Assembly: GCA_963575745.1 (NCBI GenBank)
Contig: CAUYUJ010000001.1
Coordinates: 2,356,001 to 2,420,000 of the forward strand
Source: Prorocentrum cordatum
Lineage: Eukaryota
Direction of reading: 5' to 3'
Length of the DNA stretch: 64,000 bases
Positions 1-13,085 of the stretch are shown here, piece after piece. A program made the position numbers and the translations under genes. Under the pieces are notes generated by a model. The model searched no databases and was not told the origin of the DNA. It worked only from the letters and a program-made list of their open reading frames with translations. The stretch's first letter is position 1, and every line of letters starts with the position of its first letter.

Positions 1-96
1 CCTCCGCCGCCGCGGGGCTCTGCGCCCCTGCGGACTGACTGGGTCGCGCCCAGCAGAGCCGCCGCGCAGCGGGCGCGCGCATGGGCGTCGCCTGAG

Positions 97-481
97 GCTG
101 TCGTAATAGCGAATGTCCCACCACGCGGCCTCGGACAACGGGGGCAGGAGCGATCGAGGTCAAAGAACTTGTCCTCGGCGCTCAAGCAAGCCCTCCACCT
201 GGCCGCGTTCTCGGGGGCGCAATGCATGCAGCCTGCGGTGCCGCACTTCGGGCGCCCTCTGTCCTGTCCATCATGCCCTCATCCGTCGGCTTCTTGCCGT
301 CGTAGCTTGTCGGCCTCTGTGGGGCCAGGGGGGTCCATTGCCCGGAGCAGATGATGGGCAGGCAAAGGAGGACCGCCCGCTGCGCGTAGGCCACAAGCTC
401 GCCAACCAGCACTTCCCCTTCCTTGTTCACGTCGCGCCCGGCGTCGTGGTCCATCGCGTGGTGGGCGACCAAGCCGCGGGG
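97..481 (+). CDS. Possible two host exons (~97-214 and ~329-481) of an unidentified gene
   Basis: AG|G acceptor-like starts, a G|GTAAG donor near 481, and protein-like translations (AVVIANVPPRGLGQ...; ...HFPFLVHVAPGVVVHRVVGDQAAG). No family recognised; strand uncertain. Confidence 0.2.
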
Positions 482-1619
482 GTAAGGGGGCGCAGAGGTA
501 AGAGGGGGCCGCCGGGCAGCGGGGAAGCAGGATGCGCGCGCGCACCACCGCGGCGAGCTGGGATGCGCTGAGCAATTAACGTCTTCTCGCCCGGCACCCC
601 CGCGCCGTTCTCGAGTCGCCGAGTCTCAAGGTGCGAGCCCTTTGATCTGCCCCGAACCATCCAGCACGTCTCTTCCCGGGGCGCGGCTGCGCGGGCGGCG
701 ATGCGATTTGCGCTGGGCACGCAGTTGGAACCACCTTCCGATTCGCGCGTGCAGCTGTGGCCTTTGTGGCGAATGGGTGAATCCATGCCGAAGTGCTCTT
801 CGTCGACTCCAAGAGGCCCCGCAATCTGCGAAGGTGCCGCGTGGCGAGCTTCACGTCAAAAGCGACAGCCTTGCCGCAATCCTGCCGCGCCAATCCCGTC
901 AAAACGGCTGCTGGGGCGCTTCCGCGCGGAAAAACGGTGGATGGATGCGCCGACTGCGCGGGTGGCGCTGCCGCCCCTGGGGCCCCAGCTGTTCCGCCGC
1001 GCGGGAAGCTCGGGCCGGCGCGGCTGCAGGGGCCCGCCCATCGGCGCCCCCCGCTCGTCACCGCGCGGGGAAGCGCTGGGATGCAGGGGCCCGCCCCAAA
1101 CGGAACAACTTCTTTTGCAATCCTCGTGGGAAGATGTTTTCTTATCCTCCCGCGTGCAGGGTGGGTAGCCCGCAGTGGATTAATCCGCTGTATAAATAAC
1201 CCTCGAACGTGATCCAGCCCGCCCGACAAAAGAGGGGCAATTCCCCCAGCCGCGACGCAGAGGTTTTCAGACCAGCCTGATTCACCACCCAGAATGCAGG
1301 TGGGGTCACATACGCCCTAAGGTTAACTGTCAACGCGGCTGGCGCTGTCTATGATGGTAACGAATACTGCGCAGCCAACTTCCGCATGATCTTCGCTGCA
1401 TTCAATTGGGCAGTAGAGCCGACCAAGCGACAGCATTGTAAGACCTCGGTCTTCAAGAAGAGACGATGGCTCGAACGACTACGACATTATGAACAGATGG
1501 TGCAAAACAGAGAACAGAACGCGCCGTTGTCCGCCGGGCTAGAAGGCCGGCGCGGGCGGGCCGGAGCCCCCAAATGTGGAGGTGAATGTTCTCGACCGTT
1601 GGTGCTGGGTGCCGCGTGT

Positions 1620-2226
1620 GCTGTAGAAGCGCTGCTTCCAGGCTGCTCCATTTATTGCTGTCTTGCGCTAGCGTGAACCACCGTTGGTTGTCTCGTTCGA
1701 AGTGCGTGGTTGCTTCGAGAAACTTCACGATATCATCCTCCCACTTTCTCCGCTGGCCTCCGTGTCTGCGTAGCGCTGGCCGGCGGTCGTGGATGTCCAG
1801 CTCCCATGACACAGCAAGCCGTGCCCACCTGTCGTATGGTAGTTCGGCTACTCTTTCTGCCCACCGCCACTTGGGTCTGAAATATGTCGTCGTCCACTCG
1901 TCCATGTTGGCCCTTTTCGCAATGACTGTTGCTATGTAGCTCTGCGTATGAAATGTTCCCACGGTTCTAGGTCGGTCTCGTCGTCGCCGTCTTCGAAGTC
2001 CAGCTGTGTTGTGCTGTCGTCCGGGCTGGTGTCGGTTCTGCTTGCGCCATCGAGGTGAAGCTCGTCGTTGGAACCGTTGCCGTTCAGTTGTGCTGCTGTT
2101 GCGTCTCGTTCGTTTCCTCGGGGTGTTCACAATGAGTCGTAACACTCGTCGTTGGGTACGTCGAGGTGTTTGGAGCATGTCCTCCGTGAGCGTCCAAGAA
2201 GTGCAGCCGTACATAACTGCTGGTGT
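1620..2226 (-). pseudogene. 5'-truncated RTE-like non-LTR retrotransposon remnant (C-terminus of RT ORF)
   Basis: TPAVMYGCTSWTL, RRTQRRVLRLI, KWRWAERVA..DRWA, RRKWEDDI and WFTLAQDSNKW match the typical RTE-clade post-RT motifs (YGxETW, KWRWAGH, RWxDD). Confidence 0.75.
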
Positions 2227-2260
2227 GGAGGGTTTCGAATCAGACCGAACGTTGAATCAC

Positions 2261-2344
2261 CGCCCGCCGAATCAGAGATTCCGCCCGCCGAGTCAGGGAC
2301 TCCGCCCGCCAAATCAAAGACCCCGCCCGCTGATTCAAAGATTC
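2261..2344. repeat. Minisatellite, 4 x 21 bp (CGCCCGCCGAATCAGAGATTC-like)
   Basis: Units start at 2261, 2282, 2303 and 2324. Confidence 0.9.
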
Positions 2345-3721
2345 CCCGAACCATACTACGAACCGACATCATATGTAATTATCCTGCGAATTCAAAATGT
2401 TGCCGGGCAATGCAAATTGCGGAGATTAGTTGATATTGATTTGAACCTGAAAACGGCTATGGAGAGATATTGAAATGAGGGGCGATGTTAATTTGCGAGG
2501 GGAGCTTGAGTGGTGGCACGGAACGGGAATCGAGCAATTGGACGTGGAAAGTTTGGTAATTGCCTGGCTTTCCGAATCGGCATCTGACTGGATTACCACC
2601 GGTAACCTCATCTCCGTCCTCTTCCTCCTCCTCCTCCTCCTTTTCCCGCTCCTCCTGCTCCTCTCCAAACCCAAGAGACGACCCAAAACGGGCACAAGAC
2701 AACCTCCAGGGACCCCTGACCGCTTGAAAGCAGCTCCAGGACAGGACGGCCTGAAAGGGCCCCAAAGGCTTGCCCAGGAGGCCCCAAGACGGCGCAAGAG
2801 GGCCTCAGGAGGCCCGCAGCAAGGCCCAAGAGGGCCCCCCAAAGTGCTCCCAAAGTGCCCAAAGCAACCCTTCACTCTGGAGCCCGTGCGCCCCCCCCCA
2901 TCATCCCGATAACTGGTCGGGGAGCCAAACTTCAACCACAACCGACAGAACTTTACATTGACCCCCGGCCACACACACGCCTTGCGTTTACATCAGCATC
3001 ACAATGGCGGCGGTGGTTCGCCGTATGCGTCTTCGAGTATATTCTGGAGGCCCGTTCCACTAGGAATCAACACCTTAGAAACATTCGACCGGACGACGTG
3101 TATACTTGTATATGAATAGTCGGCAGGAGGGGAATACTGTCCGCAATTCGTTCTCCGAGAGCGAATCTAACATTCATGTGAATTCGGCGCGACATGTCTC
3201 AGCGAAGCCATAATCGCGAAAGACCACCAGCTAGGTTGGTTTCCCCTGCTTGCAAGGGCGCTTGGCAACAATATTGAAGAGAAGCCTGGGCGCGGTTCGG
3301 GACCACTTTTCTTCATGTTCGGGGACGTGGATACTCGCTTCGGTCGGCAGAAGCATCTCATCCTGTTTCTGGAGCCCGGACAGGGAGAAGACGGGAAGGA
3401 AAACACGAGTACACAAAAGCGGAACATGGCAACAGAAAACAACGGGTGACTTATTTCTGCAATCAGCCAAGGCCCTTCTCGTCTTTACACATCGTGTCAG
3501 GAAGCGCACAGAGTGCGCATCAACCGGAAAATGCAAAACAGCGAAATATATCCGCCACCGCGATTGCAGCGGTTGGCGTGTGCCGGGCCTCTGTTCTTGT
3601 TTATGCTGCCTTGGCGTAGCAGAATCTGCCTCCCCTGCGTCTCGCCCCGGCGCAACAAGCTCGCCATAGGTGATAAACAATCAGTATATACATGTATGTT
3701 TCGACGCAAAGCCCTGGAACT

Positions 3722-3890
3722 AGGGCTCCCAACTTCGCGCTTCGCGCTGCGCGAAGCGCGAAGCGCGAATAACTTCGCGCTCTCGCGCCGCCCCCCAAGG
3801 GGGAGAAGAGGAGGACGAGGAGGAGGGGGAGGAGGAAGGAGGACGGCGAAGCGCGAAGCGCGAATAACTTCGCGCCCTCCTGGGAGCCCT
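3722..3890. mobile_element. MITE-like element with 10-bp TIRs (AGGGCTCCCA/TGGGAGCCCT), flanked by a 42-bp direct repeat
   Basis: TIRs at 3722-3731 and 3881-3890; internal CTTCGCG/CGCGAAG repeats; direct repeat at 3679-3720 and 3893-3934 with 1 mismatch. Confidence 0.65.
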
Positions 3891-4069
3891 TGAATCAGTA
3901 TATACATGTGTGTTTCGACGCAAAGCCCTGGAACAATAGACCCTGCCCTTCCAGGAGCTCCCCCCTCCTCCCCTCACCGCCCTCGTCCAGTGGCGCCCGC
4001 CCGAGCGTGGGCAGCGGCGCAACTGGATAACGCATGGGTGTGTACATATGCGTGTGCATCTATATTTCT

Positions 4070-4183
4070 AGATATGTATATATATATGTATATATATATA
4101 CATATATATATATATATGTATTTGTATGTGTATTTGTATTTGTATATGTATATATATATATACATATATATACATATACACAC
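4070..4183. repeat. (TA)n/(TATG)n microsatellite
   Basis: Seen directly. Confidence 0.95.
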
Positions 4184-4334
4184 ATCCGCCACCGTGCCCC
4201 CTGGAACGTTGTGGCGTGGAAGAAAACCACTGTCTGTGGTATATGGTTACAGCATTTTTTATGAAAAAAAGACGGTCCCTTCCTCTACCAGCGGGCTCCT
4301 GCGTGCATCCCCCTACTCACCGAGGCCACTTCCC

Positions 4335-4545
4335 TCGTGCCCGCTTCAGGATCATGCACTTCCAGCGTAGCAACTAATGCCTAATCACCCATTCTACGCG
4401 TGCCCGCTCGAGAACGGTGTACTTCCCGCATTGCAACTAATGCCTGAACTCTCACTCCATGCGCGCCCGCGCGAGAATTGGAAACTAATGCCTGACCCCC
4501 CTTCCACGCGCGTCCGCTCGAGGATCGTGCACGTCTCGCATTCCC
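4335..4545. repeat. Degenerate ~50-63 bp tandem repeat (AACTAATGCCT...CGCTCGAG)
   Basis: AACTAATGCCT recurs at ~4372, 4435 and 4483 with similar downstream sequence. Confidence 0.7.
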
Positions 4546-5060
4546 AAGCGCTGCTTTGTAAAGAACGGAGAATATGCGGCCCGAGCTTCCAAGACGGTCC
4601 GTGCAAGCAACCAAGGACACCAGACTTACCCACTATGCATTGACAACTGCCCAAGATGCCCCCAAAGCGGCCGAATATTGTATCATACGGGCCAATATGC
4701 CTCCAATATGGCCCCAAAGGGCCTCACGAGGACCTCTAACAAGGTCCAAAGAAACTCAAACCAATGTTCTCTCTCTCTCTCTCTGTCTCTTTCTCTCTCT
4801 TTCTCTCTATTCGGTATATGCCTGGAATTCCCATTCCCGCCTTTTCAAGCTGCCGTCAACTCAATACGGCCTATGAAGACTTCACGATGGCACAAGAAAC
4901 ATCCAAAACGGCTCCAGGACGGCCTCCCGTGGGACCCGAAACGACCTCACAAGGCCCTTGGGCTGCCCAAGACTCCAAGTCGGCCAACGAAGGCCCCGAA
5001 CGACCACCAAGATTACTGTGCAGGAGACCACGACAATCCCACGACGGCCCAAACAAGTTT

Positions 5061-5204
5061 CATCATCATCATCACCATCATCAGCATCATCACCACCAGC
5101 ACCTTCAACACCATCATCACCACCACCATCATCGTCGTCATCACCATCATCACCACTATCATCATCACCGCCACAGCGAGCATCATCATCGTCACCCCCA
5201 CCAA

Positions 5205-5239
<35 letters not shown>

Positions 5240-5582
5240 ACATCGTCATCGATACCATCACCTCCATCATCATCAACAACACCATCGTTATCACAATCAC
5301 CGTCACCATCAGCGTCGTCATCAAGATTATCAGCATCATCAACACCATCAACACCAACGTCATCATCATAGTCGTCATCATCATCGTGGTCATCACCATC
5401 ATCAAAAGCAACATCGCCATCACCATCACCGTCATCATCCGCGTCGTCATCATCATCATCATCGTCATCGTCATCGTCATCATTATCATCACTATCATCG
5501 CCATCACCATCACCTTCACTGCCATCAGCGCCATCATCACCATCACCGTCACCGTCACCGTCACCATCACCATCACCATCAC

Positions 5583-5629
<47 letters not shown>

Positions 5630-5680
5630 ATCACACCATGATCATCACCATCGTCATCATCAACATCGTGATCATCATCC
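5061..5680. repeat. Degenerate (CAT/CAC/CGT)n microsatellite
   Basis: Seen directly; source of the spurious poly-His/Ile/Asp/Met ORFs. Confidence 0.95.
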
Positions 5681-6435
5681 TGATCGCGGCTCCCCCAAGC
5701 CTGGAGGCACGAAGCGTCACACGTGACGGACTCCCGCGCCCCCTCGAACGATCGCTACCCAAAATGCTGGGCTGGCAGGATGGCGGGACTTGCCGCAGAC
5801 AACTGTATATATATATATATATAGACATACACACGTATAAGACTGCATTGGCGCTTCGCACCATGCGCCTTGGTCCTTGATGTTTGGCATGTCAGCGGAA
5901 GGGCAGGAAGGTTAAACGGAACATTTAGCGGTAAATCCTTGTTGCCTTGTCTGACATCGTCGCTATACCAATGTAATTCGAGATTCTTACCTCATGCTTC
6001 CTCTTCCTCTTCCTCGTTCTCGCCCTATCCTGCGAATTCGACCTCATCGTCCGAGACTGGTGTGTGAATTCCCTGGATACCCCTTGGGAAACCCCCGGAA
6101 AACCCTTTTTGTTTTTTTCCCCCGCGGATCCCCGGAGGGGGGGGAAGCGTGTTTTTTTTAGGGGGGTTCTGGGGCCCGACACTTAAAAACAACACTACCC
6201 CCTGCCTCTCCCACGAAAAACAACATAAAAAACCAAACACAAACTCAGACCCCCCCCATTGGGGTTTTTGTTCGGGGGTTTCTCGGGAGGTTCCCGGGAG
6301 CCATCGTGCAAACCCCATTGAAATCGCAATTCGGGCCATTCTTCCCAGGAGCCCCCTAATATCTGTACGTATATATATATACACCTATACGACCATCTTT
6401 CGGGTGATAAGGAGGTTCGGGGGGGGAAGAACCAA

Positions 6436-6670
6436 CGTCTCACTCGATCGGTCTCACTATCGGTCTCACTATCGATCTCACTATCGGTCTCGCTCGATCG
6501 ATCTCACTCGATCGAGCTCACAATCAATTCCACTCGATCTATTTCATTCGATCGATCTCACAATCGATTTGACTACCGATCTCACAATGGATCTCACGAT
6601 CGATCTCACTATCGATATCGCATTCGGTGTAACCATCGATCTCACTATCGATATCACAATCGATATCACC
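6436..6670. repeat. 12-bp tandem repeat (ATCGATCTCACT-like)
   Basis: Seen directly; grades into the following (CAT)n tract. Confidence 0.9.
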
Positions 6671-7422
6671 ATCAACGTCATCATCATCAGCAACGTCATC
6701 GCCACCAACGTCATCAATATCATCGTCATCATCAGCATCATCGGGACACCATCATCATCATCACCTCATTACCACCATCATCGACATCATCATCATCGTC
6801 ATCATCATCAGGACACAATCATCGTCACCATCATCATCATCAACATCATCATCATGATCATCGGAACACCATCATCATCATCGGAACACCACCATATCAT
6901 CATCATCTCATCACCATGGCCATGAACAACAACATCAACATCATCATCACAGGGACACCACCATCATCATTCGCAACATCATCATCAACATCATGATCAT
7001 CATCGGATCACCATCATCATCACCATCATCATCATCATCATCATCATCACCATCATCATCAGCATCATCGGGACACCATCATCATCATCAACATCAACAT
7101 CATCACCATCATTCGGCCACCATCATCAAACTCGTCCTCATCACCTCATCATCATCCTCATCACCAACATCATCATCATCATCGTCGGGTCACCATCGTC
7201 GTCAACACCATCATCATTATCGTCATCATCGTCCGGGCACCATCATCACCACCATCATCATCAACAACATCCTCATCATCGTCATCAGCATCATCATCAT
7301 CATCCTGACACCATCCTCAACATTCTCATCAACATCATCAAACTATCTGGTCATCACCAACATCATCAGGATCACCAACATCATCATCATCGGGGCACCA
7401 TCATCATCAACATCATCACCAA

Positions 7423-7465
<43 letters not shown>

Positions 7466-7690
7466 GGGGCAACATAATCATCACCACCATCACCATCATC
7501 ACCAGCAACATCGTCAACATCATCGGGACACCATCATCACCACCATCACCATCATCATCGCCAACATCATCAACATCAACATCAACATCAACATCAACAT
7601 CAACTTCAACATCATCATCATCACCCTCATCAGTATCATCATCATCATCATCATCATCAGCATCATCACCATCATCATCATCATCGTTGG

Positions 7691-7739
<49 letters not shown>

Positions 7740-7740
7740 G
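6671..7740. repeat. Degenerate (CAT)n microsatellite with interspersed TCGGGACAC motifs
   Basis: Seen directly. Confidence 0.95.
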
Positions 7741-10019
7741 GGACACCGACGGGACACCGGCGGGACACTGGCGGGACACCGCGCGCCACCAGCCCCCGAG
7801 CGGGACACCGGCGGGACACTGCGGGGCACCGGTTGCCGGAAGGGAGACTTTTGGTCCGGCCGCGCCTCAGCTACAGGAGACTTATTTCTCGCCCGCCCAC
7901 GCAACTTCGCCTCGCCCGCACGCACGGCACGCACGAACACGAAACCGAAACCGATTTCCCGGTAGGGGGGCTCTCCGTTCCACTTCGATCTCCTTCCTTC
8001 ACCTCCGATATATCTATATCTATATTAATATATATCCATCTCTCTCTCTATATATATATATACATATATACATATGTTTTGCGAACGATTTTTCCCTCCG
8101 AGGGATTTTCGGAGGTATTTCATTTTTTGGGGGGTTGGGGGGGTCCTCGGATGGGGGGGGACCCCCCTAACAAAAAACCCAACTCGGGTTTTTGTCCGAA
8201 GGCCGAAGGGGGATTCGGGGGTTTTCCCGGGGGCGGGAACTCCGGAAACAACCCGAACTCTGTTTTTTTCTATGGTTTTTTGGAGGTTCTGGGGCCCCAC
8301 AATAAAACAATACTATTTCAGAAAACCCTTTGGCACATCTAAACACAATTTTCCAACTCTGATTTTTTTCGGGGGGTTCCCCTGTTCCCGGGAAAACATC
8401 AAAACAAATAAGAACAACACCCTGACTTAGATTTTCTTTCGGGGTTCCTCCCCCAGCAACATCCCAGAAACAAATTGAACCTTTTTTGGAAAACTCAAGA
8501 ACAACCCTTTCGAATAACTCCCCAATGGGGGGTTCCCGGGGGTTCGACGAACTGCCACACCCAACTGCATCCTTCTTAGCTCTTTTTGCGGAGGCTCCTC
8601 CCTGGAGAGACTCGTGAGGGCCTCACGAGAATGTTTAAGGGCTTCTTGAGGCCTTTTGGGGGCCTTCTGCGTTCCTGGATTTCTTCTGGGGGCTTCCTCG
8701 GGCAACCCTGCTTCTGACCGCGGTCTCCCTGAACGACCGTGTCACGATTTGAAATGCTTCGGGAGGCGTATTGAGGCCATCTTGGGCCGTCATGAGGCTC
8801 TCCTCTTCGGGCTCATCTTGAGGCCCTGTTGGGCCTTCTTGGGGTTTTCCTGGGCCTCCTGGAAGTCGATTTTGGATAATTTTCGCACGATGTTCTGGCC
8901 CCCTAGGCGTCTCGGAAGAACAGAGCATTCCCAAGACCATGCAGAAACCATTGGAAATCAATAGTCTGTTTTGTTAGTTTCGAAAGCCTCTTCGGGGTCT
9001 TCTTTGGGTCGTCTTCTGGCGTCTGGTGGGTGTCTGGGGCCTCTGTGGGCTCTCGCGGGGCCCCGCCGCCCTCATGACCGATTTGGGCTCCTTGCCTGGG
9101 CCCGGCAAAGGCTCCCAAGAGCCCTGGGAAAACTCGGGGACCTTCCGCAAGGGCGTCCAGGGGGCCCCCTGGGTCACGGATCCAGGGGGTCCGTTTTCGG
9201 GGGGTCGGGTGTTGCTAGAAGTGCCCCTGGCCCAAGGTGCCCCCATTTTTTCGCTTCATTTTGGAGGCCCTGGGCCCTCTGGGCCTCCAAATGGGTGCCC
9301 TGGAGGCCGTCTGGGCCACCCCGAGAATCCAGGGGGTACCTTGGGCCAGGGGTACTCCCAACAACACCCGAGGGGGGCGTGGGCGGTTCCCCCCCCGGAA
9401 TGCAACACATATGAGATGGAACATGTGCCGCCACTGCGCTTTGCTGCGGCTGGTGTGTCAACCGCGTGCCGCTGTTCCAAGCGATCCAGGAGGTCCCAAG
9501 ACATCGATGCTGTCTAGACGCTGAAATTAGGATCGTTTTGGGCTCAGGATGGGCTTCGGTTTTCGGGCAGCTCTCGAGATCGAGGTTGGGGAACGTGCTC
9601 TTGGCCGAGGTTACCCGTCGCCAGAAAAGTCCCTTTGCTCCATATTCAAAGCTCCTCATGTTGGAAAGAGCGCGTTTCGCAGGCGCTTGCCTTGGGAACA
9701 TTCGGCGGCGCGTTTCGAACCGGGGGGTGGGCCCCTCCCCCCAACATTCGGCGCCGTCGATCAGAACAAGGGGGACTCCCCTCCCACTAACCCCCCCCTC
9801 CCGAAACCCCTCCCCAACCCTCCCCTCCCACGGGGGGGGGGGTTCACCCCCCCCCCCCCTCGGCGCCGGCGCCGGCGCTGACGGCCGCCAGCAGCGCCGA
9901 CGTCAGGCCACAGCGACGATGACCAGAGGCAGCCCAAAGGGGGGGGGGTCCAACCCCCCCCCCGCCGGCGCTGGCGCTGGCGGCGGCCAGCAGCGCCGAC
10001 GGCGGGGCGAAGCGACGAT

Positions 10020-11075
10020 TACCACCACTATCACTATCACCACTACCACCACCACCACTACCAACACCACCACTACCACCGCCACCACCTCAACCCACCA
10101 CCACCACCAACCCACCACACAACCACCACCACCACCACAGCCACCACCACCACCACCACCACCACCACCACAACCACAACCACAACTCACCACCACCACC
10201 ACAAAAACCCACCACCACTACCACCACCTCAATCTACCACAGCACCACCACCACCGCCACAACCACCACCACCACCGCCACCACCACCACCACCAACAGC
10301 CCAACCTCCACAGACCACCGCCACCACCACAACCCACCCCCACCACCACAAACTACCACCACACCACCACCAAACCACCACCACCACCTCCGCAACCCAC
10401 CACCACCACCACAAACCACCACCACACAACCATCACCACCACCACCACAACAAACCACCACACCACCACCACCACCACCACCACCGCTGCCACCACCACC
10501 ACCACCGCCACCACCACCACCACCACCACAAAAAACCAACCACCACCACCACAAACCACCACACCACCAGTACCACCACCAGCACCACCAACCATCACCA
10601 CAACCACCACCACCACCGCAACAAACCACCAGCGACACCGCCACCACCGAAACAAACCACCACCAACCATCACCACAACCACCACAATCACCACCACCGA
10701 CACCGCCACCACCACAACCCACCACCACCACCACAACCACTACCACCACCACAACACCACGACAAACCACCATACCACCACCGCCACCGCCACCACCACC
10801 TTAACCCACCACCGCCACACCTACCACCACCACCCAGAAACCACCGCACCACAACCACCATCACCACCACCACCATCACCACCACCACCACTACCACCAC
10901 CACCACGGTCACCATCACCACCACAACCTGCCACCAAAACCACCACAACCACCACAACAGCCACCACCACCACCAACCACACCACGACCACCACCACCGC
11001 CACCACCATCACCACCATCACCACCACCACCACCACCACCACCACCACAGCCCACCACCTCCACCACCACCACCT
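10020..11075. repeat. Degenerate (CAC/ACC)n microsatellite
   Basis: Seen directly. Confidence 0.95.
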
Positions 11076-11801
11076 CAGAGAGGCCTCAAGAGACGCTCCA
11101 GAGGCGACCAGGAGGCTGCACAAATGCCCTTCAGAGGCCCCCGAGAACGAGACCCCAAGAGCCATCCATTAGGAATCTGACCCAAAACCAAGGCACGGTG
11201 GCGGAGCGTCGTCGTCGTCGTCGCCGTCGTCCTCGTCGACGCTCCCCGCCGCCGCCGCCCGCCGCCGCAGGCGCTGGCGCCGGCCCAGAAAAGGAAGTCG
11301 TCGTCCCCGCCGCCGCCGCCAGCCGCCGCCGACGCAGGCGCCGGCCCGAGGAGAGGGAGAGAGGAGGGGGGGGGGGTTCGGTTCCAACCCCCCCCCCCAT
11401 CCAAGCGACCACAGAACGCGCTCTTTCTTATGTTGGGACGATGACTGTACGACCCCCGCACTCTTCGCCAGGACCCCCCGAAGACTGCCCCGAGATCGCC
11501 AGCAGGCCCCAGCGGCCCTCCAGGGCCTCCAGGCTACGGACGCGGTCACGCAGCTTCCACCAGAGCGAGCGTGGCGGCAGATACTGCGCGGCAGCGCACC
11601 CTGATCAGATCAACCAAGCGCAGAACCTTTAAAGAAAGAACCCGCGCAAGCAGATGAAGAGATCGGCGAAACGGCCGGACAATGCAAAGTGCCGCGGTAC
11701 ATATCATCCGCCTCCGCACCCCCTGGCGCGTAGCGGCGTGGCATTTTGCCAGGGCTGCATGTCTGGATTCTGCAGTTTCCTGAAGGCCACTCCCCCCTTC
11801 T

Positions 11802-12011
11802 GAGGGGCAACGATAGGGGGGAGACTGGCATAGGAGGGGATGCATCGACCTGGAATCGACGATACATCGCCGATAGATCGGCGATGGGCCCCCGATAGTG
11901 AATCCGCACCTTCCTGTGCAGGTTGGGGCTATGGGGCCCCTATCGGCGATCAATGGGCGATTCGGGGTCGATGCATCCCCCCCATATGCCTATCCCCCCT
12001 ATCGTTGCCCC
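11802..12011. mobile_element. ~210-bp imperfect palindrome / MITE-like foldback
   Basis: AGGGGCAACGATAGGGGG...GATGCATCGACC (11802-11850) is inverted at GGTCGATGCATC...CCCCCTATCGTTGCCCCT (11966-12011); the inner arms are also partly complementary. Confidence 0.7.
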
Positions 12012-12734
12012 TGGCCCTCTTCCCCGACACCTGCCGATCTGATTTCCTGCGCGGCACCAGAGGTCCAGACCCCTTCCGGGGATGGACAGACCCCCCTTTA
12101 GTAAAACGTGGTTTAGTGAAAACGACCCGAGGCCCAAACCTGGCGGGCGCAAGCCCGGAACATAACGGCCACGGCGCCCTCTCGAGAACCGAAAACGGAC
12201 AATTCACTAGTCGACGTGTCACTGTTGGGGGCCCTGGCCAGCCCCGACCCCTCCCGGGGGGCCGATGCGTCGCCCCGGACCCCTTTTTGACAGCCCCCGG
12301 GGCCCGAGAGCGGGCCCCGTAGAGGCCCAACTCGAAGGAGGAGCGCTTGCTCGAAAAAGCCGTACGTCTCGTCACGGATCCGGGCTGCAGCGTTCGGTCG
12401 GGCATGTCCCCCCTTACAGGGGGGGGATGTTTGGACGAAAAAGTAAGGATAGCCAAACGATGCTCCAAACAGAATCAGGAGGAATCGAAAAATGGTCCCC
12501 AGCGTATTTTTTTTGACCATCTTGGACTCTTCCTCCCGTAGAGGGATTGAACCGTAGCGCCCCGTTGCGCACACCGTGCCTCCCTCTGCGCCGCCCCTCC
12601 GCACCGCAGGAGGCCACGCGCGGCCCCAAGAGGCCCCCTCTATCCTACTCCCCCCCGGCAGGGCCTCCGAGAGGCCACAGGCGGCCGAAGGATGGCCGCA
12701 GGCTCGTGCACCGCAGGCTCGCGCCGTTCAAGGG

Positions 12735-13085
12735 GGCCCAAGGACACACAAATAGATACACGCAAATGCCAGGAAAATAGATACACCCTGCGAAATGCTT
12801 TAGAAATCATGGGTTCAGAAATTCATAGTCTCAGAATTTGAAATCAAACCCAGAATGTCCAATTTAATGTTAGGATTTACATTGAAACATTAAGAATAAT
12901 CGAGACTCTGGCCGAAAACTTGGGTTTTCTTAAGCATCGCCTGAAGTGTACACGCAAATCCCAGGAGCCCCTATTTTTGTTTCCATATCTTCTGGATTGC
13001 TGTCTTCCCCCCCACTTCCCATCTTTTCCCATATTTCCCGGGGGATCGCCGATTACTTGTGTCTGTGTGTTTTTTCCCCTCCTGA
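12735..13085. repeat. Dispersed repeat; related copy at ~55780-55928
   Basis: Shared blocks GGACACACAAATA.ATACAC and CCCACTTCCCAT.TTTTCCCATAT...GATCG.CGATTA.TTGTGTCTGTGTGTTTTTTCCCCTCCTGA. Confidence 0.75.

Larger units (their letters stand above)
4184..5808 (+). mobile_element. Putative degenerate non-autonomous element with asymmetric inverted repeats and a 3' hairpin
   Basis: Left ATCCGCCACCGTGCC at 4184; right GGCAGGATGGCGG at 5774-5786 (11/13 inverted match), then imperfect hairpin TTGCCGCAGACAA; (TA)n on both sides. Confidence 0.4.

Noticed and set aside
350..472. EF-hand-like DVNKEGEVLVGEL on the - strand
   Set aside because: Single imperfect loop with no flanking support; the + strand exon reading is at least as plausible.
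2261..2344. CRISPR-like regular repeats
   Set aside because: Contiguous tandem units with no unique spacers, no cas genes, and a eukaryotic context.
4678..11172. Long poly-His/Ile/Asp/Met/Thr ORFs (also at 39457-40982, 51594-53116 and 56401-57636)
   Set aside because: They are translations of stop-free trinucleotide microsatellites, open in several frames.
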